Source: Selaginella moellendorffii
Lineage: Eukaryota; Plantae; Lycopodiophyta
Assembly (NCBI RefSeq): GCF_000143415.4
Contig: NW_003314274.1
Span: forward strand, 1,626,851 to 1,690,850
Direction of reading: 5' to 3'
DNA length: 64,000 bases
In this document: positions 1 through 12,740 of the stretch, piece by piece
How positions within the stretch are numbered: the stretch's first letter is position 1
Layout: each line of letters starts with the position of its first letter
Position numbers and translations under genes: made by a program
Notes under the pieces: model-generated
Database searches by the model: none
Told to the model about the DNA's origin: nothing
What the model saw: only the letters and a program-made list of their open reading frames with translations

Positions 1-1480
1 CGGATACTGCTATGCCGCCACCACCAGCAGCATCACATGACGCTTATGATCATGGGGAGCAGTTTGAGAGGCGGATTGAAGAGGTGCCTGAATCTCTGAA
101 CAAGAAAGAGCCTTCAAAACGACACACCTTGAGAAAGGAACGTCGCCAAAAGAAAGTGGAGGAGCCTCTGCAGTACAAGCGTGTGTTTCATACGGACGAC
201 GATACCAAGCACAAGGATATCTTACCATTGGAGAGAAGAACTAGTGTAGAACAGGAAAAGCTTGTGGATATACCCAACGGAAAGGGCCAAGATTTGCAGG
301 TATACATCGTAGTATTTTTGTTTTTGTCTTGATAATCTACTCCTGTGTTTCCATTGTGCAGGATGTGACGGAGATGAAGAGGAGAATGCGGCAAGTGGAG
401 CTTGAAGTAACTAAGTTGCGGACAAAGCAAGACGAAGCTGCCAAAGTTTCTGAAAAGTCCTCGGCACCACACCCTCCTGCGGCTACTACTAACATTCCTA
501 GTGTTCCAGCTGCCACTACGTCTATGCAAACCGCACCTTTAACAAGTAAGTTACTCTGTTCCTTTCTTCTCTAGGAGCAGTCTCAAAATTTTAATTTCTC
601 TTTTGCGAAACAGGTTTTAAAACGCCCCAGTCCTCATCAGATGATACTGATTCCAAGGTTATTCTGGTGACCAACGTAAGCAGCTCGCTTTTCTCGTTTA
701 TAGAAGGGTTGCCGTTTTTATCTGTTTCCAGGTGCACTTCGCGACCACGAAGGAAGCTATTTCCACGCATTTTGGTTCCTGTGGCGAGGTTGTAAAGGTG
801 ACGATGCTAACGGATGGAGTATCCGGCAAACCCAAGGGGTGCGTGCATTGTTTATATTTCTTTTTTCAACACCATCTGAAACGGTAACACTCACAGGTCT
901 GCGTATGTGGAGTTTTCATCCAAGGACGCAGCCGACAGGGCCCTGTCTCTAAACGAGTCGAGTTTACTTTCGAGACCCATACGGGTAAGCCTTGTGTTTA
1001 AAATGGGAACTCGCTCCGTCATTGACACTTTTCCCCCCTTCTCAGGTAGCTCGAAAGGATGCTAACGTAGCAGAAACCAGTAGCCCAGCAGCAGCAGTCA
1101 TGCGGCCTCGGCCACCAGTCCGAATGCCCATGAGAGCAGCGTTCCCGCGAGCAGCGTTTATGAGGGGGTCACCGTACATGATGAGGCCACCGCCCCGTCT
1201 GGTAAGGCCTCCTTACCCCGTAGGTGCTCCACATTTACAGTGGAAACGAGATGGTGGCGCCAGCCAAATGGGGCCGTCGAGCGCAGCAAAGAATGGCTTT
1301 CGGTCAAGCGTGGGGCCGATCAGACTGAAGCGGTCCCTTTCATATGTTCGGCCAGTGGTACCAGTGACACCGACGCCCCCTGAGGCAACAGCAGCGCCAG
1401 CGGCAGCAGCAGCCACAACGGCAGCGGCAGGAACAGCGGCAGCCTTGTCAACAAGTACAGAGACTCAGAAAGGAAGTTAA
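1..1480 (+). CDS. RRM RNA-binding protein (PABPN-like RRM), 5' end outside window; multi-exon
   Basis: Exons of about <1-299, 362-545, 614-675, 732-838, 897-984 and 1046-1480 joined at GT-AG sites give a coiled coil, then VILVTNVHFATTKEAISTHFGSCGEVVKVTMLTDGVSGKPKGSAYVEFSSKDAADRALSLNESSLLSRPIRV (RNP2/RNP1), then an Arg/Pro-rich tail. TAA at 1478-1480. Confidence 0.85.
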
Positions 1481-3224
1481 GGTGGAGAACGAAGTAAGAA
1501 CAACAGGAAAAAAACGAAGAAGCGATGGAGGAGCTAAAGCTCTCTCTATATACTGGGTTTCACCTGAAGATGAAAAGGCTGCGAGTGTTCTACTGGAAGA
1601 GAAAAGTTTTGGCAGCATAGCTTTGCTCGGGAATGGGGGGAGGGGATGGATCGAAGCTGTGGTGGTGTGATGGAAGGAGAGATTTCGAAGCTTGTTCCTA
1701 CGGTGATTTGTATCGTCGGTGGTGATTTTTACGAAGGGAAAAGCAAGCCGGCAAGTTTTCTAGCTGTGGTGGTGGTGAAGATTTGTGGGAGGCATATATT
1801 TTGTTTGAGTGTTTCTTAGATGCTTTTTATTTAACTCCGTTGTCTAGCCTGGTTCTTTTGATTTGTATGGTTGTGTGAAAGGATCTTCCAGCTATTGGGG
1901 GATCAATCAAAAAATTCTTATATACCCTTCTCCCCTCCTTTTTTTTATTAGAATATACCACTACTACTAACGTGACCATCATCACCTCCACCTGGAATTA
2001 AATTGTGGAAGAGCGGTCGTTATCGTCTCTAAGAATCATCGTGGAATGGACGTGCCTCCCTGCGTGCCCGGATTAACTTAGTTCCAGCACTAGACAAATC
2101 AAAAGAAGATCAAACTCAGAATTCTTACTCTAGCTTGCAAACTTAGAAATCAAACACAGCTGGTTTGATGATGCCCTTTGTTGCGTGAAAGATCAAACTA
2201 TAGGAATGTGTATTGTACGGCGTAAAATAACTCGAGGGTGGCAAGTTTGTCAATATGTAGCCAGCAGTGGCATGTGGGGGCAGAGAGATTTTAGTTTGCG
2301 CAACGTCAAAACCGGACGGCGACGATTCGAATGATCCGGGCGGCATATTCGCCCGCCACCTTTTGCAGCATCTTTAACTTTTCTTTTGTAAGGCCGTCAT
2401 GTGACCGCGCGCGAAACTTAAAACTTGAAAAATCGAAAAGCCTTTTACAAACTCCCACATTTAAAGATGCGGTGGGGGGTGAGTGCTAGTCACGTTAAAA
2501 TGCCCAGGTTTTTTTACCCGCGGCGCGCCACCACGCTTAACCCCCCCTTAACCGGCGGCGCCGCCTGGCACCGGTGGCGCGATCGGCAGCGTCGGTTTTA
2601 AACCCAGCGGCTGCGATTGCGACACGCTGGCCACTGCTCAGCGGTCGTCTTTTTGGCGTCAGGATGGCGAGCTGGCGCCCACGATCTATGCGCTCACTCA
2701 CAACAAAAAAATTCACCTACCTTTTTTAAAAAAATAAAAACTCAAAAAAAAGGTAAAAAAAAAAAGGGACCCAACAATGGAAGAACATGGGAAGGATCAT
2801 CCCAACCCCAAAAATGCCTGAAACGGGCATTCAAATTTTTTAGGGGAACGGAGCCTTAAGAGCTGAGCTTTTCTTTGTTGCCATTTTCCGCCTCATACGA
2901 GAAAGGAAGCAGCAAGAACTCACTCTCTCACTCACACTCTCTCAATCTCCTCTTTGCTTCTCTCTTTCTCCTCCTCCTTTCGATTCGAGCGAGCTAAAGA
3001 ACAACTTCCAGGAACTCTGGACGAGAAACCTTGTTTGGTTTGGAGGGGAGGATCGATTTAGATTGATCATATAAGGAGCGCCCACATTTCTATTTGGGCG
3101 ATTGCGCGACCCATTTTGGTCCGCCCAGGTAGAGCCCAGCTCTTTTATTTGTGTTCTTCGTGTTCTCCCCATCTTTTCTCTCGCATTCGCATGAATTTGT
3201 GATGACAAATCCATTGACGGGGCC

Positions 3225-4854
3225 ATGCTTGATCAGGTCGGCTGGAAATCGTCCACTGCCAAGGACCCATTTGAGCAACCGACGAGGATGATGGAGGTGG
3301 CGAGCACATTCGTCGACAAGTCCCAGCAGCAGCAGCAAGAGAGCGGCGCGGCTAAGAGGGCGGCGGCGGTGGCGGCGTGGGAGCCCGAGACTGGCAGCAT
3401 TCTCGACCCGTTTCATATCGAGGACCTCTTGGATTTCTCCAACGAGGACATTGCCGGGCCGATTGGCGAGGAAGCCCACCACCAGAATTCCATCGCTGCT
3501 GCCAGCGCCGCTCCCATTGCTCCTCCCTCCGCGCAACCACACCACCAGCACCACCAGCACCACCATGGCATCGAGCAACAGCCCAGCAACGAATTCCCCA
3601 TCGATGTAAGAGCCATTCTCTTCTATTTCCTCGCGTTCCCGCTGGAAGAACACCATCTAAACGTCTTCTCTTTTGTTCTTCCAGTGCGATGAGATGCCCG
3701 AGCTGGAATGGCTCTCGAGCCTCGTTGACGATGACACTTTCACCAACATGGGCGATGAATTGCACAAGAGTATGTTCATCGGGAGCAAAGGATCGAGCTT
3801 CGCAAGCTCCTCCATCATCAACAGCAGCGCCGCCACCAACACCACCACCACGAACAAGAGAAACATCGACAGCCTCCTCCTGCTGGACGACATCACCGCC
3901 GCCACCACCACCACCACCACCACCACCACGATCGCTACGACGGGCAGCAAAGATAAGTTCCAAGTCGGGAGTCCCATCTCGGTGCTGGAGAGCAGCAGCG
4001 CCACCTCGGGCAGGCTGGCGGCCGCCAAGGACTTGTCCGTGCCGGGGCGGCCCCGGAGCAAGCGGCTGCGCAGCTCCTCGACATGGAACACGAGCTCCTC
4101 GTCGCTCATCAATCCGGGCAGCAGCAGCAGCAGCGGTGGCGGTGGCGGCGACGGTGTCGTGGGTGGCGGCGGCGAGGCCATCATGATCATCAACACCACC
4201 ACCGGGAACAATGTGACGAGCTTCTCGTCGTCCCCGGCCACGAGCTCCATCTCGGACAAGGACCTGGCGTCCTCGGACGAGCAAGACGCGGTGGAGTCGT
4301 CCACTATCAAGCCCGACACCATCACCGCCGCCGGCTCGACCTCCTCCGCCACCTCCCCCTCCTCCTCCTCCGCCTCGTCGCTGTGCAACACCAACAAGAC
4401 CTCCATCGCTGCGGTCGCCACCGGCAAGCCGCCACTGGGCTCCTCGATCATCGCGTCCACGAACGGCCCAGCCGCCGGAGGAGGAATGACAATCGGAGGA
4501 GTGGAAGTCCAGCCACGGAGGTGTACGCACTGCTTGAGCCAGAAGACCCCGCAATGGCGAGCCGGGCCCGAGGGGCCCAAGACGCTGTGCAACGCGTGTG
4601 GCGTGAGGTTTAAGTCGGGCAGACTCTTCCCCGAGTATAGGCCGGCTCTCAGCCCGACCTTCCTGTCCGAGGTCCACTCCAATTCCCACAGGAAGGTGCT
4701 AGAGATGCGGCGCCAAAAGGAGTCGTCACATCCGCGCTTCTTGGGCCCGAGCCCGCGCAGCCCGAGCTTGAGCCCGAGCTCCAGCTCGGCCCCGGCACCG
4801 ACCGGTGGAGAGGTCCTAGACGGTGGCTTGATTTACAACGTCGTGCAGAGCTAG
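3225..4854 (+). CDS. GATA zinc-finger transcription factor (plant class A/subfamily I); 2 exons
   Basis: Exon 1 3225-3605 ([11 protein letters not shown] motif), intron 3606-3684, exon 2 3685-4854 with [23 protein letters not shown] and the C-X2-C-X18-C-X2-C finger [42 protein letters not shown]. Confidence 0.95.
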
Positions 4855-5813
4855 GCGAGAGAGAGAGCGGAGGCTTTCTGGCAAGGATACAGGAGAACCA
4901 TGTCTCTGGGATGGTTTTGGCTTTGCGAAAGTTGGCGGAGAGCCCAGTTTTGGGATTGGATTCATTGGATTGATCACCAATTCGTGGTCTGCTACTACAA
5001 CAGAGCTCTCGGGCATTTGTGTTGGAGATGGGAGAGCTCGAGCCGAGACGAGCGAGGAAAGTCTGTAGAAGGGACGGGGAAGCATCCGTCCGTGTGCCGG
5101 TCTGGTCGGTCAGGGCAGGATTGATTGTCCATTGCAGATTCAATGGGGCAGGGCAGGGGTGCCAGCATACGGTGCGAGTACGGAACTTATGCCGTGTGAT
5201 CGGTGATCTTCTTCTCTCTCTTTCTCTGGCGCCGCTCGCTTTGGTTTTCTTTTCTGGTGGACTTGTCGGTGATCGATCATCGTCATTGTCATCGAAGTTG
5301 AGTCGAGTCGATTCCATTCTCTCTCTCCCTCTCTTTCTCTCTACTTCATATTTTTTTTTTTGCTTTTCTCCCAGCTCTCCCTTTCCAACGTAGATGGCTA
5401 GCAAAGCTACTTAGTTTAAGTTCTGTGCCCTCCAGGGACAGGCCTTGTCTTCCAGCTTTAAGTTAAGAGATTGATGATGAAGAAAGTTGATTGATTCTAA
5501 ACTCTATGGTTTTTGCCGAGAAGATTTTGGAGGCATTTTCTCTTTCACCGCAATTACCTGTTCAAGGCGAGTGAATGTGGGAAGTGATTTCAACTTCTTG
5601 TTGCTTGTTCGTGCACGGACAAAACGCTGTGCTTGTTGCGCTGGCTGCGTGCAGCAAGCAAGGGCGATCCGAGCTGTGCTGTGATTGCTGCTTGTTTTTA
5701 ATGCCTATTCTCTTTCCTCCCTCTCCCAAAAAGCTGAAAATCTGCACTGCACACCATCCAGTCTTCCCCGGTTTGCAGTGTTTTCCGCGGCGTTCTTCCC
5801 TCTTTCGTCCTCA

Positions 5814-5843
5814 TGGGCTGGGCTGGGCTGGGCTGGGCTGGGC
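5814..5843 (+). repeat. (TGGGC)n pentanucleotide repeat with six GGG tracts
   Basis: tgggctgggctgggctgggctgggctgggc read directly. Confidence 0.95.
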
Positions 5844-7255
5844 GAGAATTTGAATTTGAATCGCAGCGAGCCCAGAGAGACTGATGAAAGGTGGCGGAAG
5901 TGGCCGGGAAGATATACTACAAAAAGAAAAAAGAAATATTCTGAGCAAGAAAAATATCGCCGCATTCACGACAGTGCAAGGGGAGAGAAAAAGAAATCCC
6001 TTGTTCGTATTTCCTTGAATGCTTTGTGTGGTTTTGGAATTGGCGAGTTTCCGATAGCATTTAGATCGAAAGAAGAATCAAACTATGCGAATTTAGCGAA
6101 AGAAATCTGGAGAATATCATGGCATTTTTCTTAATTCCTTTCAATGTTTTTCCAATCCTGATGATGAAAATGCAGCCGCTAAGGTCCCGCCCGAATCCTC
6201 CCCTGGTATAATTTAGGTGGGACATTGCATCCATACCTTGAAGTAGAAGGGAAGGTAGCGAGTTAATGTTGTCGGGTGCTCCATAGAAAGCGACTCAAGG
6301 CCGTCTGTGTGCGCCAACCCCACTGGGACTGTGCTCTATGCCTCGTGGTGTCGGTTGTTTCCTTGGAAAGAAAAGAAAAAATCAACTCCAAAATTGTTGT
6401 AATCTTCCAGTTTGTTAAGATAATCTTGATTGATTCGTGGGTGGCAGCAGATGCAAATGGCTCTGCGCCCTGAATGTAAGTCGTTCTCCGGTACGTGCCA
6501 TGCAAAGGTGGCAAAGCGCGCATGCATGCATGTGGGGGTCAAGGTTTGAAGTGTATAATTTTGCGGCGAACGTACTCCGCTTTTGTTGTGGTTAGGGCAT
6601 TTGTTTTGACGGAGGTGCACGCGGGTGCGAACATGGGCAGTGCAGAAGGAGCAATGCAAATTTAACCATTTCTGGGCACTTTGGCCACATGCATCCACCT
6701 GAAAGCAAACTTATTTATCATCGCAAAGATATCAGCGGGGAAAAAAGGGGGAGGGAAGAAAAAAAAATGATTTTCTGCTGCGCAAATTGCAACCTTTGGT
6801 GTGTTGCTGCTGGCTCGATAATCAAATGAGTTCCTGATTCGATCCACCAGAGCGTGCAAGTGCCTGGATTATACTGGGCCGCAAAGAAATGTTTAGAGAG
6901 GCCTAGTGCTCGCAAATCGCGCGGTGTGATCCTTGAGGAGCTTGTAAAGTAGTTGTGATAATCCACAGGCTAAAAGAAAAGGAGAGAAGCGCGGGCCAAG
7001 TTGGCCAGTCCAAGATGCCATCATTCAATTCCAATTCAATCCCGCGGGGGTGGACTTGACAAAAAATTGCGCCTCTGCGACGCGCATGTGCCGCAAAAGG
7101 CGTCAAACAGCTGGGAAGTTTAAACTAGAACCCTAATCCACACTTTTAAACAGAAAAAAGAAAAAAAAAAAACGTTCGTACGGAGACCTCTGTACGGCAC
7201 GTTGCGAATGAGGTCCGGGTTCGAGTTCTCGCGGATAAGATTAAAAATTTCCAAA

Positions 7256-9235
7256 ATGGCTATGGCGGGCATTGGCATTGGGCTAGGGTATCGGCCGCGA
7301 TGGAGGTGGAGCGGCGCTGGATGCCGCAGCGCTGGATTCGGGAGGGCCGAAGTCCAGCAGCTGGACGCCGTGCGCATCGGTACGTTCTCGCAGCAGCAGC
7401 AGCGCCGGGGATTGAATTCCGGGAATGGAGGCGCCGGGGCGGATGCGGTGCTCAAGCAGATCGAGGACATCGGGATCGGGCTAAGCCAGATATCGCGGTG
7501 CCGCATTTCCGGCCAGAATATCCAGGAGCGAGTGAATCGCCTGGTGGACAGGCTCGATTTGCTGACCAAGGGCGTGGAGCAAGCAATGTATGGTGGAAGA
7601 AGCGTCCCACCGCAGCTCTTGGCGGCTTTAAATGTAAGTTTTCTTCCTTTGCCTCTTGCGGTGGTGGAGTAGCCTATAACTCGTGTTCTTTGGTTTCTCT
7701 CTTTCTTTCAGGCTCTGCAAAGAGAGCAATGCTCGTTGGCTAACATAATTCGCCTGGCCACGGCCTCTACTTCCGTCGTTCCTTACGCCGACGAGGACGA
7801 GGAAGTTGTGGCTGCGGAGTTAATCACCGACAAGTCAAGCGAGGATGTTATGAACTCGTTGAAGCGTGAAAGCGCGCTCGTTCCTGTCACCAAGCCCGTT
7901 TATGAGATGAGTGCGCCAGTCACCAAGGTCAGCAGCCAGCCATCTTTCTTGCTCGCGTCTCACAAGTCTTTTGTGCGTTACGTAGCGATCGCTTTATTCA
8001 CTCCTCTCTCTTGTTTTCGTTCTAGACTGCGACTATGGCTTCCGTTCGAGCGGAGATTGAGCGACGAGTTATTCAACAGGTACAGCTGACCGACCCGACT
8101 TTTCTCGTTGTCGGTTACTACTTCATTAATGACGCTCCTATTTGGTGGTCGTTTCTTTCAGCTCACGGCCAGGGATGTTGGAATGTTTAACGAAGAGCCA
8201 TTGAATTTCGGACAAAGACCTGGGGCCGAAGACATTACTGGTTTGGACGACGGAGTGAAAGCATTGAAGTCTGAGGTACAGAAAGCGGAGGTTGCGGAGC
8301 AGCAGCTACGCAGGCTTGAAACAGCGCTCGTCCAAACAGTTCCTCTGGAGGTTCATGAGTCAGTGGTAATACTTTATGAGGCATTTGCGTTTTGATCTTT
8401 TCGATATATAAAATGTGCCAGATAAAAAAGCTACAGGAGTCTTTACAAGAAACGCAGTCCACTGTGCTGCAGTTGACAAGGGAGCTGGCCGAGAAAGAAA
8501 ATATTCTGAGTACTGTGAAGAAAGATCTCCTCAAAGAACAAGGGGAGTTTGTGGCCAAGGTATATGTATCTGTTGTCTTTTTCATTAACTTACTGCTAAA
8601 TTGCTATGCTTTCAAAGGTGTCTCAGCTGAGAGGTGAAATTGCCGAACGAGCGACCAACATGGAAGACCTGCAACTCGCTGTAAATGACGTGGTGGAAGA
8701 ATTTTCTCACGGACTGCAGGAAATACAGAAAAAGGCAGCAGTGCTGGCAGCTGAACTTGATAATAAGGAGAAGCTTTTGAATCAGTTAAGGAAGGATTGG
8801 AAAGCCGAAACAAGGAGCCTGCGCAAGAAGCTGGCCAAGGCCCGGAAACAGATGAAGGAGCTCGAGGAAATAAGACAGGCCGAACAGGCGGAGCTTAAGG
8901 AAGCAAAGAATAGAATCGTTGTGTTAGAAGACGAGCTCACTATAGTCCGGAAAAACTACGAGGAAGCTGAGGAAAACAGGAGAAGGCAGAAGCAGGAATC
9001 TTTGGCCAGAATGAAAACTTTGATTGCAGAGATGGTTAAGATCTCACGGGCGAGATCTGAGAGAGAACTACAGGTTGCTGAATTATTGAAAGGTGCGAGC
9101 ACAGAACAAACTCGTCGCCGCAAATTGCTACCAGCTGGAGGATTGCCATCTAGTGACAAGATGAAAGCCCTTCAAAGCTTTTTCTCCCTCATGAAGGACT
9201 TATTGTCACGGACGAAGGCGAGCGACGACAAGTAA
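7256..9235 (+). CDS. Uncharacterised coiled-coil protein with possible organellar transit peptide; multi-exon
   Basis: ATG at 7256, Arg/Gly/Ala-rich N-terminus, several GT-AG introns. The last exon (about 8619-9235) is a long E/K/L/Q heptad-rich helix. No family recognised. Confidence 0.7.
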
Positions 9236-9250
9236 TGAGGACGAAGAATC

Positions 9251-9965
9251 TCACACGTCTGCGATGTTGCATGGAAACGTCGTGCTTGCCGGTGAGAACA
9301 TATTTCCTTTTTCGTCGATGGAACGTATCCTGGCTGTATATTTTCCAGCACTTCCCCCACCTGGCGCATACGCCTTTGTGCAAAGGAGAGCGGCATTATC
9401 ACTCTGGTCCTGTGCACTGACACTCAGTCGGGGATCCGGAACAAGTTGCGGTCCTTCCGCGTACGATCTGCCTTTTGCCCACCTGACGATATCGAGGTCT
9501 CCAAATTACCAGTAAGTATCGCTCTTCGTGTTGACCCTTAAGGTATTCCGAGAGGTGGAGGACAGGTTTGAAAGAGACACGATGCATGCCTGGAGCAGTA
9601 GGAGCCTGCAACGCTGGTCATTTTTCTCGTCGTTGCTCCCTTTGATTAGCTTTGTGATTCCAAAGTCTGCTAGTTTTGGTTTGTAGTCAGCGTCTAGCAG
9701 AATGTTGGCTGACTTGACGTCTCTGTGCAGGAATGGCGAGGATCACTCTGATAGAGCTTGGAAGCGATCCTGTAGCGGCGGTTCCAGTCCAGACTTGTGA
9801 CTCTTTCACTGTGTAAGACGTCTCCCACGCTGTCATGTACTCGACGATGAGCAGGTCCGTATCAGAGTTCCAGCAGCAGCTTAACAGCCTGACAATTCTC
9901 CGGTGTCTCCAAAGTTCTGACTTTGTAGTCATCACCGAGGAGACCGGCCACTCCCGATAACGCTC
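9251..9965 (-). pseudogene. Degenerate copy of the kinase/3' end of the LRR-RLK at 12741-15765
   Basis: Colinear nucleotide similarity to about 12741-13700 ([49 protein letters not shown] remnants) with many deletions and frameshifts. Confidence 0.9.
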
Positions 9966-10059
9966 TTCTCGTGATGACGGTTAACTTCGTGTGGAGCGAG
10001 GATGGCCAACAGATGTGTTCTGATACCGCTTTCGAGTTTATGTAGCAGCCGAAATTTTT

Positions 10060-10838
10060 TCACATGAAATGCCACCTTCCGTGCATCAAGAACCAGATGA
10101 TCCGTGTTTGGCTCCTTGGCAAAAACGTCAAACGGACAATCTCAGTTCTGAACTTATGGCGCATGAGTTCCAGCCTCTCCAAAGCCTTTTGCACGTCCAC
10201 CACAGCCTTCTCCTTGGAGACCGTGATGTTTGATTCTCCTCTTCGTGAGCTACAGTATAAGTCAGGGCACGCCACTGCTGCCAGAGTGAATACTTGTCTT
10301 CATCGTCAAAGATGAACGTAGGCAACTCTTCAGTGGTGAAGCAATTGTCTTTCCAAGGCCCTCTCCATAAACTCTTCATTATTGTTAATCGCAGGTAACT
10401 TACAAGCCTGGTTCAAGTTGCTCCTCAGAGGTTTCTGGTTAGCCATATGCATGCAAAGAGATTCCGCGTACTCCGCCTTTTCCAATACTACAAGAATCCT
10501 GTCAAGCATAGTTTGGAAGATGAGCAACGTTCCGGGAGCTCAATCCCATCTGTAAGCAGCACGTCCTCCAATCTTGAGCCCCCCCCCCCCCCCCCCCCAG
10601 TCCTGCTTCCTAAATCTTGAGCAACTGTAGAGGGGTTGTGGTTCCAGACACCAGCCAAAAACACTAAGCTCTTCACCTCACTGATGATCTTGTAGACATT
10701 GGTATTATGATTCTCAACCATTGAGTGGATGCAGCAATGGATGAGACTTAGAACCTCATGAGGAATTGTGAATTCATCCATCCGTGAATTGATCGAGTCG
10801 CTGCTGAGCCTTTTAAGCACGGCCGTGCTGGTACGCAT
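10060..10838 (-). pseudogene. Frameshifted unknown gene, paralogous to 23340-23830
   Basis: Overlapping short ORFs in different frames. Shares tgcatcaagaacca...gctccttggcaaa...aacttatg...cagcctctc and actcttcattatt with 23500-23815. Confidence 0.55.
10580..10598. repeat. C19 homopolymer
   Basis: 19 consecutive C read directly. Confidence 0.95.
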
Positions 10839-11639
10839 TCATTCTATTAGATTTCTTTTTCTTGCCTTCTCTTGTGGAGTGCTTTGTTTTCTTCTCTCTC
10901 TCTCTCTAGAGAAATTTTCCACGGCGAGTTAGATTTTATTTATGGTGGTCTTCTTCCTTTTTCCAGCCTCAGCGACCTGTTCGAACTGAAGACAGACAAG
11001 AACTTCTTCATGTGCTTTAGGAAGTGTCCGCATTTGTTCTAATTTGACAACCATAAAAGTATACTTTCTCCGGTTGAATTTAACTAAATTGTCTTTCAAG
11101 GTCGACAACGAAGAAGTTCGCCTGAGGAGGACAATCGGTAGGAAGAAAGACGAGTAGTTTCTTGACAAAAAACATAGCACGTAAGTACACACATTAAAAG
11201 TCGGTACCAGGTGATGTTCTCTAATGCAGGAAAACTCAAGATGAACCTCCTGGAAAGTGCCGGTTTTTCCAGGTCGAAGCCCAACTATGTTGTGCACTGC
11301 AGTAAGGCAAAGTGAGTTTCTTTTCCTTCTGCATAATTCATCTATCATTTAGTTGCCATGCCATTCTGAACGGCACTCAACTTATTCAAGACAGTGAATG
11401 TCTTGAATCTTATAAGGAGATCGGTGGCAAGAGCGAAAGGAGAGCCTCAAGATTGTGCAGGACACAGTTGAGCTCTAAATCGACATCTAGATCTGAAGTG
11501 TGTCTTACCTGAGTATTGTACAGAGCAAACAGATCACTGACCTTGTGCAATATATTGAAGAGAGGTTGGGGCTGAAGAAGGATCAGCAGCTAGATACACA
11601 CAAGATTTGAAAAGGAGATTGGAAGAGGTAAGAATCTGG

Positions 11640-12040
11640 GGAAGGAGGATTCCAATCTAACGACAAGTTAAAAGTCCTTCAGAGCTTATTCTCCATCTTG
11701 TTGTCACGGACGAAGGCGAGCGGATGAAGACGAACGTTTGGGATGCTGCATGGAGACGTCCCAGACGTGCTTGCCGGTGACAACATTTCCTCCGTTGTGC
11801 ATGGAGAGTAATAAGCTTCCGGTGGTCCTTTCGCTTGCAATCTGCCTTTACCCACCTGACGATGTCCAAATTCACTGTCAGCTGGCCTCTTAGGCCACCA
11901 AGTTCGGCAGGTTTTCTGGCAAGTGTTTGAACTCGTTGCCATCAAGCTGCCGTTGAGCCTGTTGGAAGAGAGGTTTGGTGGACTAGATGGTTGTCTTGCA
12001 GCATCAAACACATCAAACTTTTGCAATTCCAGGATTTTAC
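11640..12040 (-). pseudogene. Second, heavily deleted relic of the LRR-RLK (kinase C-terminus fused to an LRR segment)
   Basis: 11640-11897 matches 12655-13065, then 11899-12035 matches LRR sequence 14330-14575 (agttcggcaggttt; ctgccgttgagcctgttggaagagag; agatggttgtcttgcagc). Confidence 0.88.
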
Positions 12041-12740
12041 GTCAGGCTGTTCATTTTTGTCCTACCAGATCTGTATCTATGGAAACGGTGGCTTTTATTC
12101 TATGAAGGTAGTTCCTTGGCATTTGAGAAAGAGAACTGGAAGTGAATACCAAGATCCAAGGAGAGCATGCAGTTTTTGAGAGCATAGCTTTGCTGACTTA
12201 CGGGTGTCCCAGACGAGCGGATGGAAAAGCATTTGGTGGAGCATTGGGATTATACCCTCATGGGTTGCATGAGATAAAGCACATTTTTCTCTATCTGCGG
12301 AAAAAATAATTTTGGCGACTTAGGTTAGTAGGGTTTGCCCATGGGCGCTGCTGGATTCATCAGAGTTTTCTTGCATTCAGCAACATCACCTGGTACTGCA
12401 GAAAAATACCTATCATTTAGGCAATGGCGCTCAACTTATGTCTCAGATTGCATCACGAAAGTCTGTGAATCTTCGTAAGGAAATTGGTGCAAAAAGAGAC
12501 AGGTAATACTATGTAGTAGGTGCAGGACATTGAAGAAAGGCTCAAGGTGGAAGAGAAAGAAGGGCTGAAGAAGTATCAGCAGCTAGATAAGCAGAGGAAA
12601 TCTCTAGAGTATACGAGTTTCGAGACAGAACCTGGAAGGGGTAAGAGTTACGGGAAGGAGGATTGCCATCTAACGACAAGATGAAAGGCCTTGAGAGCTT
12701 TGTCTCCATCACGAAGGCGAGCGAATGAAGACGAAGAACC

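Noticed and set aside
3352-4689. Long antisense and alternative-frame ORFs (445, 341 and 269 aa) over the GATA gene
   Set aside because: Explained by GC-rich codons and trinucleotide runs that lack stops. The translations are low-complexity with no domain.
10929-12500. Short exon-like pieces at 10929-11350 and 12050-12500
   Set aside because: Splice-like signals are present but there is no consistent frame or recognisable domain, so no call can be supported.
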